64,000 nt of DNA from contig CDMY01000603.1 of assembly GCA_001179505.1 (NCBI GenBank), positions 124,001-188,000 of the forward strand, given 5' to 3'. The position numbers and the translations under genes are program-made. Position 1 is the stretch's first letter, and each line of letters begins with the position of its first letter. Of this stretch, positions 1 to 12,277 are shown in pieces. The notes under the pieces were generated by a model. The model was given only the letters and a program-made list of their open reading frames with translations, made no database searches and was not told the DNA's origin. Source of the DNA: Vitrella brassicaformis CCMP3155 (taxonomy: Eukaryota > Protista > Chromerida).

Positions 1-420
1 AGCCAGACACCTTCGAGCCCATCGTACGCAGTCCGCCGCGGAATAATGATGGGATGCCGCCGCCATGGCCGCCGTGCCCTCCGATGAGTGGCAGCTGGTC
101 GGTAGGTAGCTCCCGCGACGATGTGCCTGCATCCTCAGCGGATCTGTTGCGGCGGCCGCACAGCGCTGCGAGAGAGTTGATGAATCGTTTGAGAAAGGGC
201 AAATTCGTCAGCAGGGCGTACGAGTACATCACGGCGGATCGACGCACGCACCTCTGTTTCTCTTGCCTCTGTCCTGTGTTTTTTTGTTTCCGTGAAACCG
301 ATGGAGGTTTGGCTTAGCTCGCCTTGCGGAAGAGGAGTGTGCCTGAAGATGAGATGCGCATACGAGCGGATCTGTGACTGAAGGAGCTGACTGCGGCTAC
401 CTCTCTCAGTGAGGTGACCC

Positions 421-1649
421 ATGTGGCCGAATCCCCAGCTCCAGCAGGCGCTTCAGCAGCAGCAGCAGCAGATGGTGGCCGGCGTCAACATGCAGTTCGG
501 CGGCATGCAGCCCAGCCAGATGATGGCGCTCCAGCAACACACCATGAACCAGATGCAACAACACCAGGTGCCGCTTCAGCAGCAACAGCAGCAGCAGTGG
601 GGTGGTCCGTTCTCTCCCCCCGCACCGCCCGCTGCTGTCCCAGTAGCACCACCTGCGGACATGGAGCTCAAGAACGTCATCGAGCGAATCGCCGGTGGGT
701 CAGCCACTCACTCCTGTCATGTGTCTTCAAAGGGACGATGTTTGTCTGTTTGAACAGATTATGTGACCAAGAACGGCCCGCAGTTTGTGGATGTGGTTCG
801 CGAGAAGCATCCCAACGATCCCAAGTTCGCTTTTCTCAGCGGCGGGGAGGGACACGACTACTTTCGATTTTGCCTCTCTGCCGCCCAGCAACAGCAGCAC
901 CCCGGCCAAATGACGCAGATGAACATGTTCTTCGGGGGCATGCGGCCACAGGTGAGGTGCGAGGGAGCGAGAGAGAAATAAAGGGGAGGGAGGAGTGGGC
1001 ACAGCACACACACACACACACATCCATCCACCGATGCTCTCATTCATTGTGTTGCTGTGGTGTGTCCGCCCGGCATGGCATGGCTACAGGCGAGCGTCAG
1101 CGGCCCAGCTCCTCTCCCCCCTGTCGCCGCGCCCCCCACTCCCCCAGTGACATCACTGCCCATCCAGATGAACGGCAGTGGCGCTCAGCAGCCACCACCA
1201 CCACCGCCGCCACTAAATGGGCCGCTGGAGGCCGGGGGCGGCGACATGGAATCGCTCCTTATGCAGTTTCAGGGTCGGTCAGTGACAGACAGATCAGCAA
1301 GGGCGGTTGGTTGTCTTATCGCACTGATGGCATCTGTGGTTGTGTTTCAGAGCCTCCGAGGGGACCGCCGCTTCCCCCTGATACGGAGAAAGGGCTCAAC
1401 GGTACGCACGCACAGACGATTGGACGAACCCGTTCGTTTTGTGCAGGACTTTATCCATCTCTCTCTCTCTGTGTGTGTGTTGATGTCAGACGTGTTGTGG
1501 TCTTTGGAGAAGAAGGCGTCGGGTGACAACATCCGCAGCGGCCACCAGTGGATGAAACTCAACGCAAAAAACATCAAGCAGGTCGGTGTCAGGCAGTGGC
1601 ACACACACACACACACACGCGCACACACACAAGAGGACACTGGCACTGC

Positions 1650-1682
<33 letters not shown>

Positions 1683-4317
1683 TGTTCACAGATAGCGTGT
1701 GCGCTTCGCGAGAGGATGGCTGACCTGCGGACATTTGCGCACAAGCTGCACGTGCTGTACCTGGTCCACGACGTCATACAAGTGAGGCTACAGTCAATCA
1801 AGGACAGATAGCTGCAGCAGTGGGGTGCTACCTCACACGCACAACCAACCAAAACGACTTAACGACTGCTGCGGTCTTGGTTGAACGAACTTACCCTCAT
1901 GGATGGATGGATTGATCGCAGAGCGAAGTGGCCGAACAGCCAGCGGTACACTCACCCGAACGACCCACTTACCCCACCCACCGCACCACCTCCCTCCCTC
2001 TCCCACCACACAAAGACAGACACACGGAAGACCAGACAGAGCAGAGCAGAGCAGAAAGAGACAAGCCAGTGCTGCATGGACGCCATGGACGGCATTGCAT
2101 TGCATTGCATTGTCTGTGTCCCGCCCTGTTGGTCAGGGTCAAGACCTCCGCAACTCAGACGGCTCGTTCATCAACGCCTTCTTCCCCTACCTGCCGTGGC
2201 TGCTGCGAGACGTCTTCCAGGCCGCCAGCAAGGATGACCTAGGTGAGTCAGTGAGACCGACACACATCCATGCCATGCAGGTCAGGTGCAGATAGATGGT
2301 CGTGTACCTTTCTGTCCCCTCTATGCTATGCGGTGACGTGACCGACCTACCTGCAGGCGAGACGGTCAAGAACGAGGAGAAGGTGAGGCGTGTGCTCTCC
2401 CTCTGGCTCGATCGCCACATCATCAACCAAGACGAGGTCAACAAGATCACAGCCATCATGACGGCACAGAAGCTACCCGACCCCGCACCCAAGACACAGC
2501 AGCAGCAGCAGCAGCCTCCACTGCCCCCCGAGACACCCCCAGCCCCTCCATCGCACGCGCCCCCGCCCCCGCCAGAACAGGTCCCACAGCAGCAGCAGCA
2601 GCAAAAGCAGCAGCCGGCCACACAGAGGAAGTAAGAGCGGCGACAAGGCACCCAGAGGCAGGCCTCCACCGTGTTTGTATGTCAACTTGTGTGTGTCCAT
2701 GTGTTTGTGCTGCATGCAGGAGTCGATTTGACAAGGGCGTTCCGCCCGCGGGCGTGATGCCCCCTGCTGCGCCAGCGATGATGCCCTTCGCTGGCCTCAT
2801 GCAGCAACCCAACCTCGCCATGACACAACCAGTGCGCAACACCTACGCCGCCCACCCACCCACTCACACAACCATGCCATGCACCTGTCTGTCCTTTGTC
2901 TGCTGTCGGCCTGCATCAGTTTCCGCACATCCTCTCTCCCCCCGGGCAGCCCGCTCCGTTGGGCGGTTTGCCTACTGTGGCGACGCTGATGACATCGGTG
3001 CCGCCGCCTGGCCAGGGGCTGTCTGGTGGTGGGGCGATGGCCATCAAGACGCCCGAGGACGTGCCTGTGGGTGTGATGGCCACCATGCTCAAGCAGATAT
3101 CCAGCAGGGGCAAGAACATGCAGACGGCCTTCGTCCCGTACCGGCCGCTGGACCCAATGCTCACACCACAGGCGCTCCCACGTAGGCAGACAGACATGGG
3201 ACGGACATACAACAATGGCTGGGTGGCGGGATGGATGGACAATGTCTGACCGACATGGTTGTGTGTCTGCTGCAGCGATGGAGCCGGCCACTGATCAGAT
3301 GAACGAGCGTCTGAAGGACTTTTACGAAGACCTCAAGGACGAGCAGGAGAGGGAGGACCGCGAAGAAAAGAGACGGTACGTCCCACCCACTCACTCACCC
3401 AGGCTCACACATCAACCAACCAAACGATGAATGAATCGACATATCACGTGCGTCCGTCCGTCCATGGACTGCCTGCAGCAAGAAGGAGGCTGAGCGTGCC
3501 GAGCGCGAGAAGGAGGAGCGGCGGCTTGAGAGGGAGCGCGAGAAGGAGCGCCTCCGCCGCGGCCCCTCGCCCCGATCCAGGTCGCGAGAAGGAGACAGGG
3601 CGGCACTGCGAGACCGAGACCGAGATCGCGACAGAGACCGCGACAGGGAGAGGGAGAGGGACCGTGAGAGGGACAGAGACCGCGATTACCGTCGTGAGAG
3701 GCGGCGGAGGAGCCGCAGCCGCTCACGGTCAGTGTCGAGGTCCAGGAGCAGGTCACGGAGCGACGAGAGGGACAGAGCAAAGTGAGAGCACTGCGGTGCA
3801 TACAATGGGCGACTGGACGGATGGGCGATTCCTTCCTGTCTGTCTCTCTGTCTGTCTGTCTGTCTGTCTGTTTGTTTGTCCGTGTGTGTGCTCCAGGGAG
3901 CTGCGTCGTCGGAATCGTGATGCAATGGTGCGACAGGGCCCGACGTATGAGCGGCCTGTGGCCTGGGCTCAGGAGGAGATGGGCATCGGCGAAGACGGAT
4001 CTGTCATCGGTAAGCCAATCAACACACGATAGCCGCCGAACCGGCCAGCCAGCCAGCCAGCCGATGCATGGTGTGTCGGCTGGCTCGATCAGGTCTCGGT
4101 GGTCGGCAAAGCGAGCGCATGGGTCTTGGGGCACTGACCGAGGAGGAGCAGCGGAAGAAGGATGTAAGCACGCCACCTCACCCAGTCGATCCCCCGCTCC
4201 ATGTCTGTGAGTGAGTCAATATGGTGTGTCTGTCTGTCTGTGTCTGTGTGTGGCTCTGTGGTGCAGATGTTCGAGCAATATCGGAAGAGGCAGTCGATCC
4301 GCATGTTCTCCAGATAG
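421..4317 (+). CDS. CHERP: CHERP/SCAF6-like spliceosome-associated protein (SURP/SWAP + CID domain + RS/RD-rich region), multi-exon
   Basis: Spliced exons give a SURP motif (DYVTKNGPQFVDVVREKHPNDPKFAFLSGGEGHDYFRFCL) and a CID-like segment (KLHVLYLVHDVIQ...FINAFFPYLPWL...KVRRVLSLWLDRHI). An RS-rich tract and a C-terminal MFEQYRKRQSIRMFSR* (TAG 4315-4317) resemble the CHERP tail. GT-AG junctions. Confidence 0.85.
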
Positions 4318-5374
4318 ATGCATACGATAGACAGCTGCAGGAGGCCGCGGCGGCTTCATGATCTGTTTTGTGTATCCATCACACGGATCCCGTCGTTGTG
4401 TGGCTCTGCGTCATTGGTCCCATGACGTCGATGCCAGACACGTGCACGTCCAGTGGAGTCACTCACATAACTCTTACACGCGCTTAAGCGAGCATCTACA
4501 CATACGGCTCATCTCATGCATCCCATCATCATCCATCATTGCGGACGTCTTAATTGCCCGTCGCCAACTGACCAGCTGCATTTCCCGTGTCTCCCTCCCG
4601 TTCCCCTACTAAGAAACGACGAGCACGAAATGCTTCGCCATGCACATCCATCATGTTGATCATGTACACCCCGCCCTACGTACAAACCTGCGCCAATAGG
4701 CACAGAGGAATGCGCACCGACGCACGCATGGACGCGATGCATATAGTCATTGATTTGATGAGTACGCAAGAAGGACAGACACATATCCATTCCTCTGTCT
4801 GTCTGACACGGAGGAGGCATGCGACCCAACATGGCGTGTTTCTGTGTGTGTGTGCATGTGTGCAGGCATCTGCACATGAGACACGCGTGCAGGCACCACC
4901 CACCTCCACCCCTCCACGACACGACATGTGTGCGAATTGAAGCACACATGGGTACGCACATGTATGCACTCCCCTGAGTGCGCAAAAAGCAGACGGACAG
5001 ATATCCATTCATCCGTCCCGTCCGTCCGTCCGTCCGTCTGTCTGTCTGTCTCTCACAAGAAAAGGTCCGTCCGTCCGTCCGAGACAGACAGACAGACAGA
5101 GACAGACCGAAAATGGCATGCATGCATGCATTTCTCGGTCGGTGTGTATGAACATGTCTCGCTGCCGCCCTTTTGTCCCCCATCCATCCATCCACTCCTC
5201 CATCCATCCACCCACCGCATGTGATGAGTACCATACGCGTGAGGCAGGTATGTACAAGTCCAGTAGTACTGTTGTGTCTTCACTCCACTCACAATCAGTC
5301 ATTCAAAGGCCAGTCCGCCCCCAGTTCAGTCAGGTACACCCGCCACTACAAAAGCAGACCTCCCTCTGTCTTGT

Positions 5375-8035
5375 CTAAGCCTTCTCAGCCTTCTCGAGGA
5401 ATATCATCTGGCCGCCCTCCACCAGATCCTCGTCAATGATGGCCGAACCCTCATTGAACTGCGCCTGGTCAGTGATGCCATGCGCCTGCACGTTGAACAA
5501 GAAAAGCGTCCCGGGCTTCTCGTCGAACAGCTCAGACACGTCCAGAATGCCGCTGCTCTCCCATTCACCAGCGTCGCCGGCGTCCACATCGACAGCGTCG
5601 GTCGGGTTGGCAATGCTCGCATCAAGCACAACGTCGCGGTCAATGTTCGCCACACGGAGAAGCGCGGGGGCCTTGGTGTGCGGATCGATTCGCACAATTC
5701 CGGCTTCATTCGGGTTTGCGGCGCCCTCACCGAAGAGGGGCTCGCCGGTGAGAGTAGTCTCCTCAGCCTCATCCTCTTGCACGTAGATGAAGCCATCTGC
5801 ACACACAAAATGAACAACGAGATGGATGGATAGACAGAATCAGCAGTGGGTACTCACCGTCAGCCCAGTCCAAGTTGTCAGGCGACCGCAGTCGTCTCTT
5901 TTCGTCCGCATCACCGTCGTACAGGATCGTCACTCTCGCACTCAGGTCTTTGAAGTCAGTCTTTATGATGTACACAGTACCTGCACACGTGCAGCCATTG
6001 TGGGTGGGAACAGACAGTAAAAGCAAAATCCTCATGGATGTGCCTCTGTGTGTGTATACTCGCTTACCGAAGGTATCAGCCCCGTTGCCAGTCTCTTTCG
6101 TCGATGGCGTACGTGTCCACACCCGTCGAAGCAAACACAGCCTCCTTCCCGTCCTTGGGATTGGTGGCCACATCCTCGGGCCGGGAGAAGCCGAAGGCCC
6201 CCAGATCCTCAGCTCTTGTCCACAACGTCCTCTGTGTGGGGTAGCTGAACTGATCAAACGAGACACGCCGCACATCCATCCACCCAGAGGGCAGCAGGAG
6301 ACGCTTGTCGAGCGAGCAGCGCATGTGTGATGTTCGGTCGCTGACCTGGTCGAATCCCGTGCTGCCATCGTCTGACTTGAGGGCCTCGTCCTCTGTAGTG
6401 CTGTTGTCGATCTCCACCCATTTGCCCTTCCGTGATCCCGACCCTCGGAAGTCGAGAGGCGTCCTGTCGCCAGTGTCAGACACCCACACGTACAGCTTGC
6501 CACCACGGAGGCCGTTCCTGGAGAGGAAATCGCCCGCCGGATCTTTCACTCCAATGTACAAATACGCCGGGGCTGCTTCGGTTTCATTGTCCCCTGCCAT
6601 CTGGTTGGCGTCGAAATCGTCCGCATCGAAAGGCGCGCTGTCGTCCATGAGAATCAATGCCACTTTTTCCTTATCCCCAGTGTCCAACTCAGCCTGCAAC
6701 AACACAGAGACGCAACCAAAGGCAACCACAAGGGCGTCCAGGAGTGGGGACCCCTTCCACATGGACACGAGCAATTGCCAGTGCTCTGCTCACCACATTT
6801 TCCCATGCGCCGCGTCCAAGAGCTGCATCAAACAAAAAGACATGCAGAGGTGTGCACACACACGTCCATGACATGATCGATCCGATCCTTGGTGTACACA
6901 TAAAGGACTGACTCACCAGGGACCTGCCAGAGGTCCCCTCTCTGAGGGTCGAGAGCCCACATGGCCCCGCCGACGGTGGAGAAGAAACTGCCGGTCTCCT
7001 CGCCGGTGTAGTAGATACTGTCGACGTGGCCACGGCCGTCTTTGAACTGCTTTGCAGGAACCAGCTGACTGCACGGGGGATGGGAAAGAAGTGGCGTGCA
7101 CGTCCTTCCTTGTGTCCCCTGCCTCCTCCCTGGTCAGTGCACTGATTCACCTGGAGCAGAAGCGATCGAGGCCTTTGAATCGCTCGCCCTCAAAGACCTG
7201 GAAAATGCTCGTGTTCTTGGCGATGTTGCCGTCGGCATCCTGACACAGGCAGGCAAAGACAGGTCAAGTTTGATTGTGTACGCGAATGGTGGGCCATCTT
7301 TCCTACGTAGATGGTGTTGTAGGCGATGCCGCCGTCGAGCACCTCTCTGGTGTCCTTGTCGATGTCAAGGTATGACACCCTGGCGCCAATCAGCTTCCAT
7401 GTGCCGCCCTGGCCATCGCTGAGCTCGTATGGGGTCCCCCGGTCGTTGTTGATCTCGTGATTCACAAACACCCGCACGATGCCATCTTTCTGCATGAAGG
7501 AGACACATATACACAGCCGTCACTCACGGGGCACCACAGACACCAAGAATCTTTCTTCTCAACACACTACCAGTGTGTAAGCACCGATGCCGTCAAGAAT
7601 GCCTGAGAGAATACCGTAAGCACCCACACCCTTTCATCGATGCCTACTGTCTCTTGGTGAAATTGATGCACACACCGGCGGGCTGATAAGTAGGGATGTT
7701 GGGCTTGAACTTGTTATACGCCCCTGAGGAGGGATCGATCTTCTGGCCTGTGGTGAGCACCACAGGTCCCACCTTGTAGCCCTTTGCAGTAGCTTCTGCC
7801 ATCCTGTTGGTATGCCATTCATTTTAACAGCAAGACAATGACGCTCTCCTCTGGTCTCATCTTGCGCGGTGGCCTACGGAGGGAAGGTGTCGGGAGGCAT
7901 GAGAGCGAGGCGGCTTTTCGCATCGAGGACAGCCTTCATCGCATCGAGCGCGGCCTCCATGAAGTCATCTTTAGGGGTGGCGGAAGCGGCAGGGGCTGCC
8001 AGGAGCAGTGCCGCGCACACGACGGTCAGCATCAT
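5375..8035 (-). CDS. phoX: Secreted PhoX-family (DUF839) alkaline phosphatase of bacterial type, 11 coding exons
   Basis: Signal peptide MMLTVVCAALLLAAPAASA. Spliced motifs PAGILDGIGAY, VRVFVNHE, RFCS, GRGAWENV, SRPEDV, SPDNLDWADD, QED, EWESSG and NVQAH match PhoX beta-propeller motifs as I recall them. Ten in-frame GT-AG introns were traced. Confidence 0.85.
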
Positions 8036-8781
8036 GTCCGGGGCTCTGTAAAGGGGAAAAGAAGGAGAACAGAGCAGAGAAAGGCGAGATATAACGTAGC
8101 GAAATATCCAACTCGCCTTCGGTACACTGTGTCCAGGCGTTTTTGGCCGTTGCAGGGCTTAGGACAAACGTGCTGTGTGTCTGTCCAGTTTTGATTGGAG
8201 GGCCCGGTTGCCGGCCGAAGAACCAGCTTTTCGCCGTACCTCGTCGGGCAGTGGTGTCACTGACGGCGTGGGTGCGAGCTGTGCTTGAGCTTGTGCTTGC
8301 GTGAGATGGACTTTTGTGGTGCTTGCATCTGTCGTGCAGTTCGTCCTCGAGATCGGCGCACACTGGTCGACACGGCACTCGACGCCGCATGTAATTTGTG
8401 CTGGCGCCCTACCTGCCTATCTAGCTAGGACCAGGGCAGAGCAGGTTTCCTAGAGGGAGGGTATTGCAGGCGAGGGGAGTGTACACATGCATGTGTACGG
8501 CTGGTGCGAGTGTGCATAGAGTGTAGACAAGTAGGGAAAGTGTGTTGTTGTCGCTCGGCTCGCTGCATGACGATTCGTACGTATCGATTAATGTCCTGCG
8601 TCCAGACGGCCTACCTGCATATCTGTCTGTCTATTCACACACATAATCTCCCACACACACACACACACACACACACAGATGCAACCAGGCCAGTGTAGAC
8701 CCCAGATGCGCACACCAACATCTGCCTACACATACGACCTCCCATGGACCAGAGAGAACAGAGAGAACCGTCCCGCTTCTC

Positions 8782-11459
8782 TCACGGACTCTCCTGAAAC
8801 CACCACACACATGTGCATTACATCGGCAGGGGCACACGCATTCACTTACCCTTTTCTCACACTCGGCCGCAGTCACGGCAATGGAATGCAGCCGTGCTTG
8901 TGCGGTCGATTTGCCGGACGGGGTCCACAGCGACATGCCCCTGGTCATGGAGCGCTTGGGCTTGAGTGTGGGCCGCCGGCTGCCCAGACGGCTCGTCGGC
9001 GACGACGGGCTGCCGTGGCCAAAGACGGCGATCGAGCTCCGCCTGCGTGCTGCATCGGTGGGCGACTGCCATACTGAGGGCGACCGCTGGTAGACAGAGC
9101 GCCTGGGCTGCTGCTTGGGGCTAGGCAAGTCCTCGGGCAGGAAGTCCAGCATGTTTTGAATGTTTGCCGTCTCCTGCTGCTTCTTGGCGAACAGTTCTTT
9201 CAGGGTCTTCTCAAAGTCGGTCGAGTCGTCGTCCAACTGACGCGGCAATTTCTGCACTCACACACAAGGCGCATAGACGGACGGATGCACAGCTCCAACT
9301 CGGTGATATGATGCCTGCCCACGCACGGACATTAAGCGCTTCGGTGAGGTCCTTCTGCGCGAACGGGCGGAACTGTTCGGTCAGGTCCTTCACGTCGCTC
9401 GTCGCCTGCTTGTATATGGTGAAGTCGGCAGCACGGTTCCGGGCCGTCCGAGTCTTGACAGGCGACACAAATAGGGTCGGATAATCTGTCAGCTGACACA
9501 GAGAGAGAGAGGGATGGAGAGGCAGATACACATGTATTTGAGTGAGACACGCTTGACGCCGGCATCATGTCTCACGTATGCACCAACCTTCGCCCAGTCC
9601 CTGATGACTTTCTGTGCCTCAAAGGCGGACACCCTCGGCAGATCGCCCTCAGAGGTCGATGTGGCCAGCCCCTGCTGCCGCCTGCACACGTACACACACA
9701 TGGGCAGGCCGGCAGGCATCACCTACATCACTGCCGGCCAGATAGACATCTGTTCACCCACTTCCTGGCTGCCCCGTAGAGAAGCCGCAGTCTGCAAAAA
9801 GGGGAGGAAGGGGGGCGAAGAAGAAGACAGCCATCGTACGAGGAATGACAACAATGCAGAGTAAGACGCGGGACGGCCCCGTCAGGTGACTGACCTTCCT
9901 TGTGTTGAGAAGAACATGCGATCGCTATACTCCTCCTCCTGGGTGCGATGTTGTCTTTTGAAGTTGAACTCCAATGCCTGCAGTCACGCATTAATACATG
10001 CAGAACAGCCATCGAGACGCACTCAGGATAACGGTAAGGAGCAGTTCTGCTGTTCAAGAAGGCTTACATTAGCTCTGAGGCGAGGCAGATACTGATGCTG
10101 CACCGTCCACTCTAGGGAAGGAACAGACAGACAGACAGACAGACAGCAGACGCGTGCACCCTCTCTAAAAGAAGACAACATCTGGCCACCCCACCCACCA
10201 TCCAGCAGGGCCTCTTTCTTCCGAATCGCCTCTTCATCTTCGATCTCCCTGTCCCTCCCCTTGCCCCCCCGTCTCTTGCGAACCCTCATGATGCCGCCAT
10301 CTGGCCGCTGGGGAGTCTCAGAGTGCGCCGACGAATCATAGATGAGAAACGGAAAAGGCCCCAACGAGTCCAGAAGGGTGCGGGGGTGCGGGGGGATGCC
10401 CTGCTTCGTGAATGACACGGGTGGCAGGGTGTGGGAATGACTGCTGGATACCGAGGCGACTGAGGCCACGCTCGAGTGGCGCTTGCTGCCCGCTGCCGTC
10501 CTGAACAACACAGAAGCAGAGGTATGACGTATATCTCGTGATTAGGATGGCATGGCAACAGCTTACGCAGCTCTCCTCGGCATCAGCAATGGCGAGTCAG
10601 GTCCCCACACAGAGGGCGTCAAGACATGGCTCTCAACACTGGCCTCCACAATCGACTGCCCGCGCATGCGAGCACAACCTCCACCATCACCGCCAGCTGC
10701 AGCAGCAGCCTTTGGTCGCCCCTTCCCCTCACTGCCCGCCGTCTTCTGTCTCGTCTTCGGGCGCTTCTTGCCTCTGGCCGATCGCGGCGACACAGGCGGT
10801 GACAGTCGTGCCTCGGCGCTCAAATGGTGAAGCAGGAATCGTTTGCACAGGAATGAAGCACCTCGCACCTCATTGCGAGTGGGCGGCCGAGAGGGGGGGT
10901 TCTGAGTCCTGCAACGAGCAAGCAGAATGCGTGAGTCTTGTCCATCATTCAACTTGCCACACGCTTACTCGTCTTCGTCTTCTTTCGCCGGAGGGGCGGC
11001 TTCAGGTACGTGTGTGACCACCTTTCGTTTGCCACTGTCTGCGAGTGAGCGGGACTTGGGGCGTTTCGGAGGCCCGGGGAAGAAGTCGTCGTCTTCGTCA
11101 TCAGCAATGGGGCGCTTGGGGTAGAAATCAAACTCGTCCTCTTCCCCCTCTTCCTCCTCTTGCTCCCTCAGGCTGCTGGTCGCCTGAGGCTCGTGCACGA
11201 TGACAGCGGGGGTGTTGTCTGCGTCCTCAGCGGCACTCACAGGGCCTTCTTCCGCATCATCGGGACGCTCTGTGTCCTCATCCTCTGCGGGTGAGGCTTC
11301 TTCCGGCTGAGCCCCTCCCCCAGTCTCGGACTCGTTGCCATCCGGGTCAGCACTCAAAGGCTCTTCTGCTTCGATGGTCTCCTCAGGCACCTCGAGGGCC
11401 TGGCAGTGCTCTCTTTTCTCGTCGTGTTCATCCATCGGACGCGTGCCCGGCCGAGGCAT
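8782..11459 (-). CDS. Hypothetical protein, acidic low-complexity N-terminus, S/R/P-rich C-terminus, multi-exon
   Basis: Chain of open minus-strand exons (MPRPGTRPMDEH..., SAEARLSPPVSP..., LTDYPTLFVSP..., KLPRQLDDDS...) joined by GT-AG introns, ending EKR|ESP*. The 5' end may extend across the N gap. Confidence 0.6.
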
Positions 11460-11476
11460 CTTGGGGGGGGGGGGGG

Positions 11477-11775
11477 NNNNNNNNNNNNNNNNNNNNNNNN
11501 NNNNNNNNNNNNNNNNNNNNNNNNNNNNNNNNNNNNNNNNNNNNNNNNNNNNNNNNNNNNNNNNNNNNNNNNNNNNNNNNNNNNNNNNNNNNNNNNNNNN
11601 NNNNNNNNNNNNNNNNNNNNNNNNNNNNNNNNNNNNNNNNNNNNNNNNNNNNNNNNNNNNNNNNNNNNNNNNNNNNNNNNNNNNNNNNNNNNNNNNNNNN
11701 NNNNNNNNNNNNNNNNNNNNNNNNNNNNNNNNNNNNNNNNNNNNNNNNNNNNNNNNNNNNNNNNNNNNNNNNNNN
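11477..11775. other. Assembly gap (299 N) flanked by poly-G
   Basis: Run of n bordered by 14 and 17 G. Confidence 0.99.
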
Positions 11776-12277
11776 NGGGGGGGGGGGGGGGGGCAGAAGG
11801 GCGAGAAAACCATCGCGAATTCTCGACCGAGAACATAACTTAAAATCCTTGAACAAGGGTTGATGTGAATGGCGGGTGTTTGCCTGTCTGTCTGTCTGTC
11901 TGTCCGTCTGTTTAATTGTGCCATACTTGGCGTGGCGTGGTGTCACAGTATGAGCTACCAGACACACATCTGAACGACAATCTGAGACCCGTCTCTGCTT
12001 TCCAATGAACACAGCATGTCTCACTCACTCAGGCACGACCCATACATAGTTTATACAAATGACCGATCCAGGCCCTTCTCTCCTATGTGCCCATTCATGA
12101 TCCCCACACACGGCCTACTTCGCCCCGCCTCCAATACGAAATCACTCCAATCCCATTGTGAGGGGCCACCTTGATATACAGGTCAAATGAGCCAGACACT
12201 TCTCTCTGGCCTGCCCGAGACATACGCGAAGACTCTGCCCAGCATGGCGCTGGCAGCCGACTCACGATTCGTTCATT

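Noticed and set aside
4760-5060. Possible local tandem duplication in the CHERP-phoX intergenic region
   Set aside because: Similarity is limited to short simple-repeat-like words (GACAG...ATATCCATTC).
5375-8035. Bacterial contamination as the source of phoX
   Set aside because: The gene has 10 host-style spliceosomal introns with microsatellites and is contiguous with eukaryotic genes.
8081-8119. 8-bp hairpin AAGGCGAG...CTCGCCTT in the phoX 5'-UTR intron (riboswitch-like?)
   Set aside because: The stem is too short, with no recognisable aptamer motifs, and is expected by chance.
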